Part shown: positions 9,769-18,773 of the stretch, one piece after another
Layout: every line of letters begins with the position of its first letter
Numbering within the stretch: position 1 is the first letter of the stretch
NCBI GenBank assembly: GCA_042569365.1
Contig: JBHPHK010000005.1
Location: forward strand, 1 to 61,024
DNA length: 61,024 bases
From: Patescibacteria group bacterium
GTDB lineage: Bacteria; Patescibacteriota; JAUYIX01; JBHPHK01
Direction: 5' to 3'
Position numbers and translations under genes: made by a program
Notes under the pieces: model-generated
The model's input: the letters and a program-made list of their open reading frames with translations, nothing else
Told to the model about the DNA's origin: nothing
Database searches by the model: none

Positions 9769-10741
9769 TTTCTGCTTGTTTTATGTCTTTTGAATTTAAT
9801 AATTCCTTAATATATGGAATTGCCGTTCGCGCTGCTCGTGCGCCCTCTTCTTCGCTTTCTGACGCTGATGTAAAGTCTAGCCTTTCAACACCTAATATAT
9901 TTGGCTGGATTAGAATATCTGTATCTCTAGTATAACCCTGATTACGCTTTGCTTTAAGCGTCTTGATCGTCATGCTCGTAACCGACCCAATGCAGCATCG
10001 TATGGTTCGTTGTTGGTCGCGAATACCCAAAGCCTCCAAGGCATATCTTAAAGGCCATGTAAAATTATCACGTGCTAGTCCGTACGTCCAAGTATTTATT
10101 TTTTTACGTGCGAAGAACGGCAATCTTTTCATCCAGAAATTTTGGTAGAGACGGTGATATTTTTGGAGGTTGAGAAGGCCTGGCGAATGGTCGCGAGCCG
10201 ACTCAACGCTCACGACAATCTTGGCGCCTCTTTGGCGCGCCACTTCATCCGGCAACAAATCGACAATGCCACCATCTGCTAATAGTTTTCCCTTCCTGAC
10301 AACTGGAGGGTAGAGGCCCGGAAATGCCATTGTTGCCTGCACACCCTCTGCAATATCGCCGCTGTCGATCACTACTCTTTCGCCGGTCCCTAGGTCTGTC
10401 GCGACAAAAGCCAGCTTAGTATCAACATCTTCAAAACGCAGACCCTTCGTGTATCCCAACAACTCTTTATAGTGCACGTCCGCATCGACTAGACCGCGAT
10501 CCCATCCGCCCAATGCTAATAACTTGAGAAATTTCGTTCTTGGTTGTTTGTAAAAATCTTCCCTAAACTTGTCGAGCGTGCCGCAGGCATAAGCGGCCGC
10601 CACGATCGCGCCTGTACTAGTGGCAACGATTTCATCAGGATTGATACCCGCGTAATTAAGCTCGCGAATAACACCCGCGTGTGCTATCGAACGCGCGGCC
10701 CCCCCGCTGATGACTAATGTTAATTTTTTAAGACTGGTCAT
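9740..10741 (-). CDS. Patatin-like phospholipase
   Basis: SGGAARSIAHAGVIREL (oxyanion-hole motif), ATSTGA (GxSxG-like nucleophile elbow with the first G changed to A) and ADGGIVD (catalytic Asp). The preferred start is ATG 10741, which gives an ATGA overlap with the murG stop. The ORF track start is 10768. Confidence 0.75.
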   Translation of the reverse strand: MTSLKKLTLVISGGAARSIAHAGVIRELNYAGINPDEIVATSTGAIVAAAYACGTLDKFREDFYKQPRTKFLKLLALGGWDRGLVDADVHYKELLGYTKGLRFEDVDTKLAFVATDLGTGERVVIDSGDIAEGVQATMAFPGLYPPVVRKGKLLADGGIVDLLPDEVARQRGAKIVVSVESARDHSPGLLNLQKYHRLYQNFWMKRLPFFARKKINTWTYGLARDNFTWPLRYALEALGIRDQQRTIRCCIGSVTSMTIKTLKAKRNQGYTRDTDILIQPNILGVERLDFTSASESEEEGARAARTAIPYIKELLNSKDIKQAENVESTLHRN

Positions 10742-11847
10742 GCGCTGTTTATTTGTCCTACCTCCCAAAGCTTCTTCGCGATGAGATTTGCTGCTTCTGG
10801 CTGATAAAGATTCGCGATATTATTCTTAAGCTCGTCTCTCAATTCCTGACTACTCATAACCTCATTGATCTTTTGTAGAAAAAAACGAGGAATAAGATTT
10901 TCCTGCTCTAATACTATCGCCGCTTTACGAGTACCATAAACCAATGCATTCTGTCTTTGATGATCGCGCGCTGCTGTTGGCAGAGGAATAATGATCGCCG
11001 GGATCTGCCATGCAGATATTTCCGAGAGGGTGTTTGCTGATGCTCTTGATATAATCGCACTAGCCGATGCATACGCATCCGCCATTTGCTTATCAATAAA
11101 TGGATAGGCACGATAGCCAGTCTCGTAATATTGCTGCCCAAGCTCTGTAAATTGAGCAATATTCTTCTCGCCCACTTGATGAATGACTTGTGTAAATTCC
11201 AATATATTTGGCAGGATCGCAGCGATAGCATCGTTTAAGGCTTGCGCACCTTGACTTCCTCCCGTTATGAAAAGAACAGGCTTATCTGCGCTAAGGCCGA
11301 ACTCCTGCAAGCCACGTTCACGATTCCCGTCGTAGATCTCAGGTCTTAAAGGATTGCCCGTTATAAATATTCTCTCTTGTTCAGTTGCAGTAAAATATGG
11401 CTTAGCTTCGTCGTAAGCTACCGCAATAGCTGCCGCACGGCCAGCTAAACGTTGATTAGCTGCTCCCGGAACAGAATCTGACTCATGGATTACAAGCGGC
11501 ACACCGCGCAGATTCGCTGCCAACCCGACAGGATAACTCACATATCCTCCCTTTCCGAACACTACATCTGGCTTGAACCCGCCTATTTTAAACCAGGCAC
11601 TCATAACCCCAAAAGGCGCACGGATTAAGTCAACAATATTTCGCAATGAAAAATAGCGGCGCACTTTACCCGCAGGAATTGTTTTAAAGGAAATATTATT
11701 GTTCTTAGCGAATTTTTCTTCCAAGCTTTTTTTCTGCCCCAGCCATAAAATTTCAGCCTGAGGATCCATCGCCTGAAAAGCCTTAATGACAGCTACGATT
11801 GGTGTGACATGTCCGCCAGTTCCGCCACCGGCTACTAATAAACGCAT
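10738..11847 (-). CDS. murG: Undecaprenyl-PP-MurNAc-pentapeptide GlcNAc transferase
   Basis: 369 aa with GGGTGGHVTP near the N-terminus and a GT28 architecture. Confidence 0.92.
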   Translation of the reverse strand: MRLLVAGGGTGGHVTPIVAVIKAFQAMDPQAEILWLGQKKSLEEKFAKNNNISFKTIPAGKVRRYFSLRNIVDLIRAPFGVMSAWFKIGGFKPDVVFGKGGYVSYPVGLAANLRGVPLVIHESDSVPGAANQRLAGRAAAIAVAYDEAKPYFTATEQERIFITGNPLRPEIYDGNRERGLQEFGLSADKPVLFITGGSQGAQALNDAIAAILPNILEFTQVIHQVGEKNIAQFTELGQQYYETGYRAYPFIDKQMADAYASASAIISRASANTLSEISAWQIPAIIIPLPTAARDHQRQNALVYGTRKAAIVLEQENLIPRFFLQKINEVMSSQELRDELKNNIANLYQPEAANLIAKKLWEVGQINSA

Positions 11848-11859
11848 AGTGTTAGGTAA

Positions 11860-13164
11860 TTATTCATCGTCAATGGAATGAGTTTCTATTTTAACATTTC
11901 TTTTCCTCGGAATACTACTCCTTACATTGCCCCACATTTTCTCCATTTTAGATGCTTTATTGCGCACCGGGGCCTGGACAGTGTACCGCGATATATTAAA
12001 CAGAATAGCCGCACTAACCAAGGCAATTACCAGAGCAGATCCACCATAACTTACAAACGGCAGAGGAATACCGGTGAGCGGCATCAGTGAAGTGATGCCC
12101 GCAATATTTATGAAAGCCTGTGCAATTAGCCAAGTCGTGATACCGACCGCGACAAAGCGCCCGAAATTGTCCGGCGCGGACTTGGCAATCTTATACCCCT
12201 TGTATGCTAAAAATATAAAAAGTAGGATTAATAAAATCGATCTAATAAATCCGAGCTCCTCTGCAATCACTGCAAAAATCGAGTCACCCGCTACCTCCGG
12301 CAGGAAATTGAACTTTTGCCTGGAGTGACCAAGACCCATGCCGAGTAGTCCTCCAGATCCGATAGCAAGCAGGGCCTGGTTAATCTGAAAACCAATTCCT
12401 TGAGGGTCAAGCTCAGGATTCAAGAAAACAGCAAAACGCGCCAATCTAAAAGGCGCAAGTTTGATCGCCAGGAAGAGAAATCCAATCCCCCCGGTACCTA
12501 TAATGGCTAGGTGTGAATATTTTGCACCAGCGACAAAGTACATCGTGATGGCCGCCATCAAGATTACGAGCAGCGTTCCCAGATCAGGCTGCAACAATAT
12601 TAAAGCCGCAACAACGATCACTGACGCGATAAACGGTATAAACCCAGTAGAAAAACCTTTGACTTCTTGTCCACGACTATCAAGCCATGCCGCCAGGTAA
12701 AGTACAAATGTCAACTTAGCTAGCTCCGCAGGCTGGAAGAATAAAGGCCCCACGCTTATCCAACGCGCCGCACCACCTGATGAAAAGCCAATTCCTGGTA
12801 TGAAAACTGCAATCAATAGCACTAGCGTGATCACTAGCATCCACGGAGCGATCTTTTTCCAGAATCGATAGTTTATCCTAGTGACTAACGCAAATAGTAT
12901 TACTCCGATTAAGACCCCGTTGATGAGCTGGCTCTTCAAGAAATAATAATTAGTAGGATCACCATCCATCAGCCCTTCCGCGATCAAGCGGGAAGTCAAG
13001 TCGTAGCTCATCACAGAGCTTGCCGAAGCAACAGCTACAAGTCCAAATATTACCAATAAAAATATAACTATCAGCAGGCTGTAGTCAGGCTTGTGCGTGT
13101 TAGTGCTGCCCGCTCTCGCTAGGCGCCACCATTTATTTTGTTTGCTTTTACGCGTCTTTATCAC
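11860..13164 (-). CDS. ftsW: SEDS-family peptidoglycan polymerase FtsW
   Basis: 434 aa, polytopic, with SEDS motifs (QPAELAKL, SYGGSAL). It occupies the dcw position between murD and murG. Confidence 0.85.
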   Translation of the reverse strand: MIKTRKSKQNKWWRLARAGSTNTHKPDYSLLIVIFLLVIFGLVAVASASSVMSYDLTSRLIAEGLMDGDPTNYYFLKSQLINGVLIGVILFALVTRINYRFWKKIAPWMLVITLVLLIAVFIPGIGFSSGGAARWISVGPLFFQPAELAKLTFVLYLAAWLDSRGQEVKGFSTGFIPFIASVIVVAALILLQPDLGTLLVILMAAITMYFVAGAKYSHLAIIGTGGIGFLFLAIKLAPFRLARFAVFLNPELDPQGIGFQINQALLAIGSGGLLGMGLGHSRQKFNFLPEVAGDSIFAVIAEELGFIRSILLILLFIFLAYKGYKIAKSAPDNFGRFVAVGITTWLIAQAFINIAGITSLMPLTGIPLPFVSYGGSALVIALVSAAILFNISRYTVQAPVRNKASKMEKMWGNVRSSIPRKRNVKIETHSIDDE

Positions 13165-13266
13165 AATAATTCTACTTATCGAAAATATTCCTTAAGGCAC
13201 AGTTAAAATAGCCCTTAACCCATCTTTATTTACTATAAAATACCCTATTTAAGGCGAAAATGCAAC

Positions 13267-13295
13267 TTGACACTATCCCCCATACATCATATGCT
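13267..13295 (+). promoter_or_regulatory. Sigma70-type promoter upstream of pyrF
   Basis: TTGACA (13267-13272), 17-nt spacer, TATGCT (13290-13295). An SD GGAGG lies 4 nt before ATG 13365. Confidence 0.5.
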
Positions 13296-13364
13296 GAGCT
13301 CTTATAGCCTCGGCTATAATATCTTTCTTGCACTATTAACAATTAAATCTCAAACGGAGGACGT

Positions 13365-14084
13365 ATGTTAGCAAAAGATCGCATCATTGTCGCTCTCGAT
13401 TTCTCAGATTGGGACACGGCAAAAAACATGGTAGATGAACTGGCTCCACACGTTGGTTACTTCAAGTTCGGCTTGGAAGCCATTACGGCACCGACTATCA
13501 AAACCCCCAAAGTCATAGACCATATTCACGAAAGAGGTGGAAAAGTATTCTATGACGGAAAGTTCAACGACATTCCGAACACTGTCGGACAGTCTGTGAA
13601 GAATATCGTTTCCATGGGCGTTGAAATGTTCAACGTACACGCTTCTTGTGGCATCAAGGCCATGCGAGCAGTAGCAGAACATAAGGGCACTGCTATCGCT
13701 TTGGCGGTATCTGTCCTGACATCGCTCGAGGAAAACAACGCTCACTTGATCTACGGCAAACCTTCCAAGGCTGCTGTACTCCAGTTTGCGCGGGAGGCAG
13801 CCTTAGGCAAAATGGACGGAATCATTTGTTCACCCCTGGAATTGAAGATTCTCTCGGAAAATCCTGAACTTGATCATCTTCTTAGGGTCACGCCGGGTAT
13901 TCGCCCAGCGGGATCCAGCAAAGACGATCAAGCTCGTATCACCACACCCGGTCAAGCAGTGGGAAATGGCGCTACTTACTTGGTAATTGGCCGCCCGATC
14001 ACCAAAACTACCAGTCCCAGAATAGCAGCTACGAGAATCGCCACCGAAATCGAAACCGCCCTGCAATCCATAAAGGAGGCGTAA
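13365..14084 (+). CDS. pyrF: Orotidine 5'-phosphate decarboxylase
   Basis: 239 aa with IVALDF, DGKFNDIPNTV and LVIGRPI. Confidence 0.85.
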   Translation: MLAKDRIIVALDFSDWDTAKNMVDELAPHVGYFKFGLEAITAPTIKTPKVIDHIHERGGKVFYDGKFNDIPNTVGQSVKNIVSMGVEMFNVHASCGIKAMRAVAEHKGTAIALAVSVLTSLEENNAHLIYGKPSKAAVLQFAREAALGKMDGIICSPLELKILSENPELDHLLRVTPGIRPAGSSKDDQARITTPGQAVGNGATYLVIGRPITKTTSPRIAATRIATEIETALQSIKEA

Positions 14085-14783
14085 ATGAACAGACTGTCAC
14101 CAAGTGTGATCCGTGCGATATTTGAAAACGCCAAGGCGATTATCCCAAAGGATCACTTCGTCTATAAATCTGGTAAGCACGGACCAGCCTATGTCAACAA
14201 AGACGCCATCTACCCAGACACCAATAACGTTGCTCGGCTTTGCGGAGAAATTGCCGTAAGGACACATGACCTCGCCGTTGATGTGGTAGTTGCTCCCGCC
14301 ATTGGGGGTGTAATTCTCTCACAATGGACAGCTCAGCAACTTTATACCATCTACAATAGGCCTGTCTTTAAAGTCGAGCCTGACTTCTTCGATGTCAAGC
14401 ACGTCTTTTCAGTCTACGCTGAGAAAGACCCCGCTAATGAAGATGTCATGGTCATCAAACGCGGCTACAACAAGTTCTTGCCAGGCAAAAACGTGCTCGT
14501 AGTCGAGGACATCCTGAACACAGGCGGCTCAGCAGCAAAGACAGTCCAGGCAGTCAGAGACTGTAGCGGCAAAGTCGTTGCGGTCGCCGCACTTTGCAAC
14601 CGAGGCGGAGTTACCGCAGAAGATCTGGGTGGTGATCTCAAACTCTTCAGCCTCATGGACGTTCAGATGGACATGTATGAGGCCGACGAGTGTCCGCTCT
14701 GCAAAGAAGGCGTTCCGATCAATGCCGAGCTCGGTCACGGTCGCGAATTTCTCGCCGCCCTCGAAAAGCAAAACAAAACCTAA
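14085..14783 (+). CDS. pyrE: Phosphoribosyltransferase, orotate-PRTase-like
   Basis: 232 aa with FVYKSGKHGPAYVNKD and the PRPP loop VLVVEDILNTGGS. The start immediately follows the pyrF stop. It is longer than classical PyrE, with an insertion and a CPLC tail. Confidence 0.6.
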   Translation: MNRLSPSVIRAIFENAKAIIPKDHFVYKSGKHGPAYVNKDAIYPDTNNVARLCGEIAVRTHDLAVDVVVAPAIGGVILSQWTAQQLYTIYNRPVFKVEPDFFDVKHVFSVYAEKDPANEDVMVIKRGYNKFLPGKNVLVVEDILNTGGSAAKTVQAVRDCSGKVVAVAALCNRGGVTAEDLGGDLKLFSLMDVQMDMYEADECPLCKEGVPINAELGHGREFLAALEKQNKT

Positions 14784-14793
14784 ACCCTTTCAC

Positions 14794-14827
14794 AAAAAAC
14801 GGTATCGCAGCTGCGGTGCCGTTTTTT
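14794..14827 (+). terminator. Intrinsic terminator after pyrE
   Basis: AAAAAACGGTATCGCAG/CTGCGGTGCCGTTTTTT: a GC-rich hairpin followed by a T-run. Confidence 0.7.
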
Positions 14828-14831
14828 CTAT

Positions 14832-14860
14832 TTGACATTAGCACTAATGTTCGCTACATT
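14832..14860 (+). promoter_or_regulatory. Sigma70-type promoter upstream of pyrD
   Basis: TTGACA (14832-14837), 17-nt spacer, TACATT (14855-14860). An SD AAAGGAGG precedes ATG 14939. Confidence 0.5.
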
Positions 14861-14938
14861 GATTAACTAAGTTGTTCTGATGACAATTTAGCAGAAGCAC
14901 ATTAATGACCCTCAAAAACATCCAAAGGAGGTGTTCAC

Positions 14939-15796
14939 ATGATAAAACTATCAAATGGTCACCGCCTTGAATATGTCGCCGCCTCTGGCGCGCTTGCATA
15001 TGACGGATGTGGTTGGCCTTGGGAAAAGCCTTTGCAATGGATTGGTTTGCTGGACCCGAACTTGTTCACGATTGTTACCAGAACAATCACACGCAAAGCT
15101 CGTAAAGGTAATTTTCGTTGGCTTTGGCCGCTCGGGACCATTCGTTTCCTCGATAAAGGGATCGTTAATTCAATGGGCCTTACTAATCCTGGACTTGAAT
15201 GGTGGCGCATTAACGTTGGTGCCAAAATAAAGTCAAAAGGACTTTCTCTTATCCCGTCTATCTGGGGTGATCCGGGAGATCTTTCCGCCATGGCTATGAT
15301 CTTGCAGGATTACGACATAGTCGGACTCGAGCTTAATGCCTCTTGTCCCAATGTTGGAGATGACCTTGCCCACAACACAAATAAGATCATCAATAATTGT
15401 GAACGCATCAAGCGCGTTTGCAAGCTACCCCTGATCTTGAAGTTGTCAGTCGCTAATGACTGCCTGAAAATTGCACCGGCAGTTGAAGGCTGTGTTGAAG
15501 CGATCAGCATCAACAGCGTCCCTTGGCACGTTGCTTTTCCAGAAAAAGAGAGCCCGTTAGCTTATTTCGGTGGTGGAGGTGTGTCAGGAAAAGTCGCACA
15601 GGAGTACACTTGGCGCCTAGTCGAAGATCTTGTGAACGCATCTGACATTCCTGTCATCGGTCCTAGTATCTGGGATTATGAAGACATCCAACAAGTCAGA
15701 AGTCTTGGAGCTCAAGCCATCAGCTTTGGATCAATTTTTCTTCGATATCCTTGGAGGCCCACGCGCATCGTACACAAGGATCAAAAACAGCAGTAA
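14939..15796 (+). CDS. pyrD: Dihydroorotate dehydrogenase-like (class 1-like TIM barrel)
   Basis: 285 aa with NSMGLTNPGLEWW, LELNASCPNV, GGGGVSGK and IPVIG. Confidence 0.65.
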   Translation: MIKLSNGHRLEYVAASGALAYDGCGWPWEKPLQWIGLLDPNLFTIVTRTITRKARKGNFRWLWPLGTIRFLDKGIVNSMGLTNPGLEWWRINVGAKIKSKGLSLIPSIWGDPGDLSAMAMILQDYDIVGLELNASCPNVGDDLAHNTNKIINNCERIKRVCKLPLILKLSVANDCLKIAPAVEGCVEAISINSVPWHVAFPEKESPLAYFGGGGVSGKVAQEYTWRLVEDLVNASDIPVIGPSIWDYEDIQQVRSLGAQAISFGSIFLRYPWRPTRIVHKDQKQQ

Positions 15797-15803
15797 AACA
15801 AAT

Positions 15804-15834
15804 AGCAGTATCGTTAATCTCTAGCGATACTGCT
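15804..15834. terminator. Bidirectional terminator between convergent pyrD and murD
   Basis: AGCAGTATCG (15804-15813) pairs with CGATACTGCT (15825-15834), flanked by A/T runs. Confidence 0.7.
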
Positions 15835-15835
15835 T

Positions 15836-17185
15836 TTATTTTATTTTCTTCACTGCCTTTATGTACTGATCTCCCCTATCAAACTCATTCTTAAATAATC
15901 CAAATGACGCCGCAGCGGGAGACATCACCACCACATCGCCTTTCGCCATATTTTTTTGAGCAAGCTCTACTGCCCGGGGCATAGTGTCCGCATAGCTAAT
16001 AGGAAAATCTATCTTGAGATTTAAGACCGCTTTTTCTATGCGCGGCGATGCAGAATCATTAAATAAGATCAAATGTTTTACGCCTTCAACAATCTCTTTG
16101 GCTAATTCTTCATATGTTACATTTTTTTCAGAACCTCCCGCGATCAATATTACCGGCTCTTCGAAAGATTTAATAGCCGCAATCGTTGCTTCAGGAATAG
16201 TACTCGTCGTGTCATTGTAAAACTTTACGCCCATTGCTTTACGCACAAACTCCAGCCTGTTTTCAACACCCTTAAAGTCCTTGACGACTTTGGCGATCAA
16301 ATCATCTTTAATGCCATAAGTTTTTGCTGCCAATACAGCCAAGTCAATGTTTGCCAAGTTGTGAACTCCCTGCATACCAACCTGATCTGTTGAATATGAT
16401 GGCCTTGTACTAGAGGTATATATTATTTTTGTTGGAATCTTTTCTGCCTTTACAGTCTGTTTAAACTTTTTCGTCCAGGCATTGTCTTTGTCCAAAATTA
16501 AATAATCGCCCTCTTTTTGGAAACGGAATATGTTTTCCTTGGCGCGTACATAAGCCTCTAGCGAATCATAGCGATCCAGGTGATCCTCAAATATATTCGT
16601 GATTATGGCTATTTGCGGGCTCATTTTATGTTCCTCAAATATTTCTAACTGAAAACTTGAAAGCTCGAGAACAACAGGCGTATCAATATCTAGTTGGTCT
16701 AGATATGTTAAAGGCGACACGCGTACATTGCCTGCCAGCTTAGCTTTTGGAAACTGCGCCTTCATAATCTCCGCTAGGAGCGTGGCTGTCGTAGTCTTGC
16801 CCTTTGTTCCTGTCACGCCCAGGATCGGCGCCTCGTTTAACTCTAAGAAGATCCCGATCTCCATATCGACTGGAACCTTAGCCTTCTTGGCTGCCACGAT
16901 ATATTTTGAAGACCAGGGTACGGCGGGATTTTTCACCACTAGGTCGGTTTTTGTAAAATCCTCCTCCTTATGTTCACCGAGCCTGTATTCAATAGGAAGA
17001 TCTGATAGCTCTGCCAAAGATTCCTTCAATGTTTTTTCATCCCGTAAGTCCGTCACTAATACTTTAGCTCCGTTCTCTGCTAAAAATCTTGCCACACCAA
17101 CTCCCCCGCCCGAAAGACCAAGCCCCATCACTGTAACGCGCTTACCTGTAAAATCCTTTGGTTTTGAATAGAAATATTTGGACAC
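15836..17185 (-). CDS. murD: UDP-MurNAc-L-alanine--D-glutamate ligase
   Basis: 449 aa with VMGLGLSGGGVGVARFL and GVTGTKGKTTT. Confidence 0.92.
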   Translation of the reverse strand: MSKYFYSKPKDFTGKRVTVMGLGLSGGGVGVARFLAENGAKVLVTDLRDEKTLKESLAELSDLPIEYRLGEHKEEDFTKTDLVVKNPAVPWSSKYIVAAKKAKVPVDMEIGIFLELNEAPILGVTGTKGKTTTATLLAEIMKAQFPKAKLAGNVRVSPLTYLDQLDIDTPVVLELSSFQLEIFEEHKMSPQIAIITNIFEDHLDRYDSLEAYVRAKENIFRFQKEGDYLILDKDNAWTKKFKQTVKAEKIPTKIIYTSSTRPSYSTDQVGMQGVHNLANIDLAVLAAKTYGIKDDLIAKVVKDFKGVENRLEFVRKAMGVKFYNDTTSTIPEATIAAIKSFEEPVILIAGGSEKNVTYEELAKEIVEGVKHLILFNDSASPRIEKAVLNLKIDFPISYADTMPRAVELAQKNMAKGDVVVMSPAAASFGLFKNEFDRGDQYIKAVKKIK

Positions 17186-17196
17186 TTTTTTCCGCT

Positions 17197-18771
17197 TTAA
17201 TGGCGAATCACTTGGCCAGGCAATTTGCTCTCATCGGCATACACTCCTACCGCTGCGTGTCCATTTATAAAGACGTGTTCTATTCCGCTAGGATATCGAT
17301 ATGGATTGATGTATGTTGCGTTATCTGCAATAAGAGCAGGATGCCATAAAACCATATCGGCCGCATACCCGGGAGCTAAGTAACCCCTGTCTGCCAATCC
17401 AAATTTACGCGCCGGGATACTGGTCATCTTCATAATTGTTTCCTCGAAAGATATAATCTTTTCGTCGCGTGCAAATTGCTGCAAAATCTTAGGAAATGTA
17501 CCGAAACTTCGTGGATGATAAAGCTGAACAATATCTGCGGGAATGGACGTGCTTGGCGCATCTGTTGCCACCATACTTTGTGGATGCAACAGTAGTTTTT
17601 CGAAACTGTCCGGATCGATAGTCTCATCAAAGATTATGGTATTCCAGCTTGCTTCTAGCGTATCTATAATAATTTCCTCAACTGATAATTTCGGCGCCTC
17701 AGCTACAGCCGCTATATCGACAAGTGTCTTGCCTACTAGCGACGGTTGAGATTCATTGATCGCAATTGTTAGTGATCCGTAGTCGTGTTTGTCGGACTGC
17801 ATATCATCAATTAAACGCCGACGCTTATCCTCATCCTGGATCAAAGTCAAGAAAGCTTTACGACCGTTTTGGGTAGCCCACTTTGGCAAATAGGCATAGA
17901 GAACTGAAAATGTCTTGCGGTATGGATAAAAATCAAAGTGAACCTTTGCGCCCAAGTTTACCGCCTCATTAATCATAGCCAGTGCTTCATCAAGCTTGTT
18001 CCAGTATTCTTGACCTTTGGCTTTCAAGTGAGATATCTGTAGTGAAACTCCGGTCGCCATGGCGATCGTCAACATTTCTTGGATAGACTCTATCAGCTGA
18101 CTGCCTTCGTTGCGCATATGCGAGGCGTAGACTCCGCCATTAGCCGCAACTACCTTCGCTAAATTTATCAACTCATCAGTAGTCACTCCCAACTCGTGTG
18201 AATATTTCAACCCTGTACTGACGCCTAGTGCGCCCTCCTGCAAAGCGTCTTCAACAGCACGCAATATCATTTGCTCTTCGTCTGGCTTGATAGCGCGATT
18301 CTCATCGCCAACAATACCGCGCCTGATCGTACTGTGTCCGACAAGTGTTCCAAAATTGACTCCTAAACCTTTTTCATCAAAATAATCCAGCAGCTCACTC
18401 ATGCGCAGCCAGTTGACCTGCACATCATTAATATCGGCCCATTTTTGAAGGGACGTAATATCTCGAGAACTAACTAATGGCGCCAATGATGAGCCATCGT
18501 TTCCGCCAATGATTGTGGTAATGCCTTGATGGGTTGCGCTCGGCAGCCTGGGATCTTCAAATATTGTCCAGTAGAGATCAGAGTTGTTGTGTACGTCAAT
18601 AAAGCCGGGACTGGCAACTAACCCTTCCGCATTTATTACATTCATCGCACGCTCGCCTAGGTTGCGCCCGATGCGATCTATTTTGCCTTTTTTTACGCCA
18701 ATATCACCTTCGATAGCGGGACGCCCAGACCCATCGATAATTACCGCTTTTTTGATGATTAAATCCAGCAT
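17197..18771 (-). CDS. Amidohydrolase-superfamily protein, N-acyl-D-amino-acid deacylase (D-aminoacylase)-like
   Basis: 524 aa with an N-terminal beta domain followed by SPGFIDVHNNSD, VYASHMRNEG, QISHLKA and VATDAP. The overall layout is that of D-aminoacylases. Confidence 0.7.
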   Translation of the reverse strand: MLDLIIKKAVIIDGSGRPAIEGDIGVKKGKIDRIGRNLGERAMNVINAEGLVASPGFIDVHNNSDLYWTIFEDPRLPSATHQGITTIIGGNDGSSLAPLVSSRDITSLQKWADINDVQVNWLRMSELLDYFDEKGLGVNFGTLVGHSTIRRGIVGDENRAIKPDEEQMILRAVEDALQEGALGVSTGLKYSHELGVTTDELINLAKVVAANGGVYASHMRNEGSQLIESIQEMLTIAMATGVSLQISHLKAKGQEYWNKLDEALAMINEAVNLGAKVHFDFYPYRKTFSVLYAYLPKWATQNGRKAFLTLIQDEDKRRRLIDDMQSDKHDYGSLTIAINESQPSLVGKTLVDIAAVAEAPKLSVEEIIIDTLEASWNTIIFDETIDPDSFEKLLLHPQSMVATDAPSTSIPADIVQLYHPRSFGTFPKILQQFARDEKIISFEETIMKMTSIPARKFGLADRGYLAPGYAADMVLWHPALIADNATYINPYRYPSGIEHVFINGHAAVGVYADESKLPGQVIRH

Positions 18772-18773
18772 AG

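Noticed and set aside
14838-14846. TTAGCACTA inside the pyrD promoter spacer resembles a CIRCE half-site.
   Set aside because: No complementary second arm occurs within the expected 9-nt spacing. It is an isolated 8/9 match in a promoter spacer.
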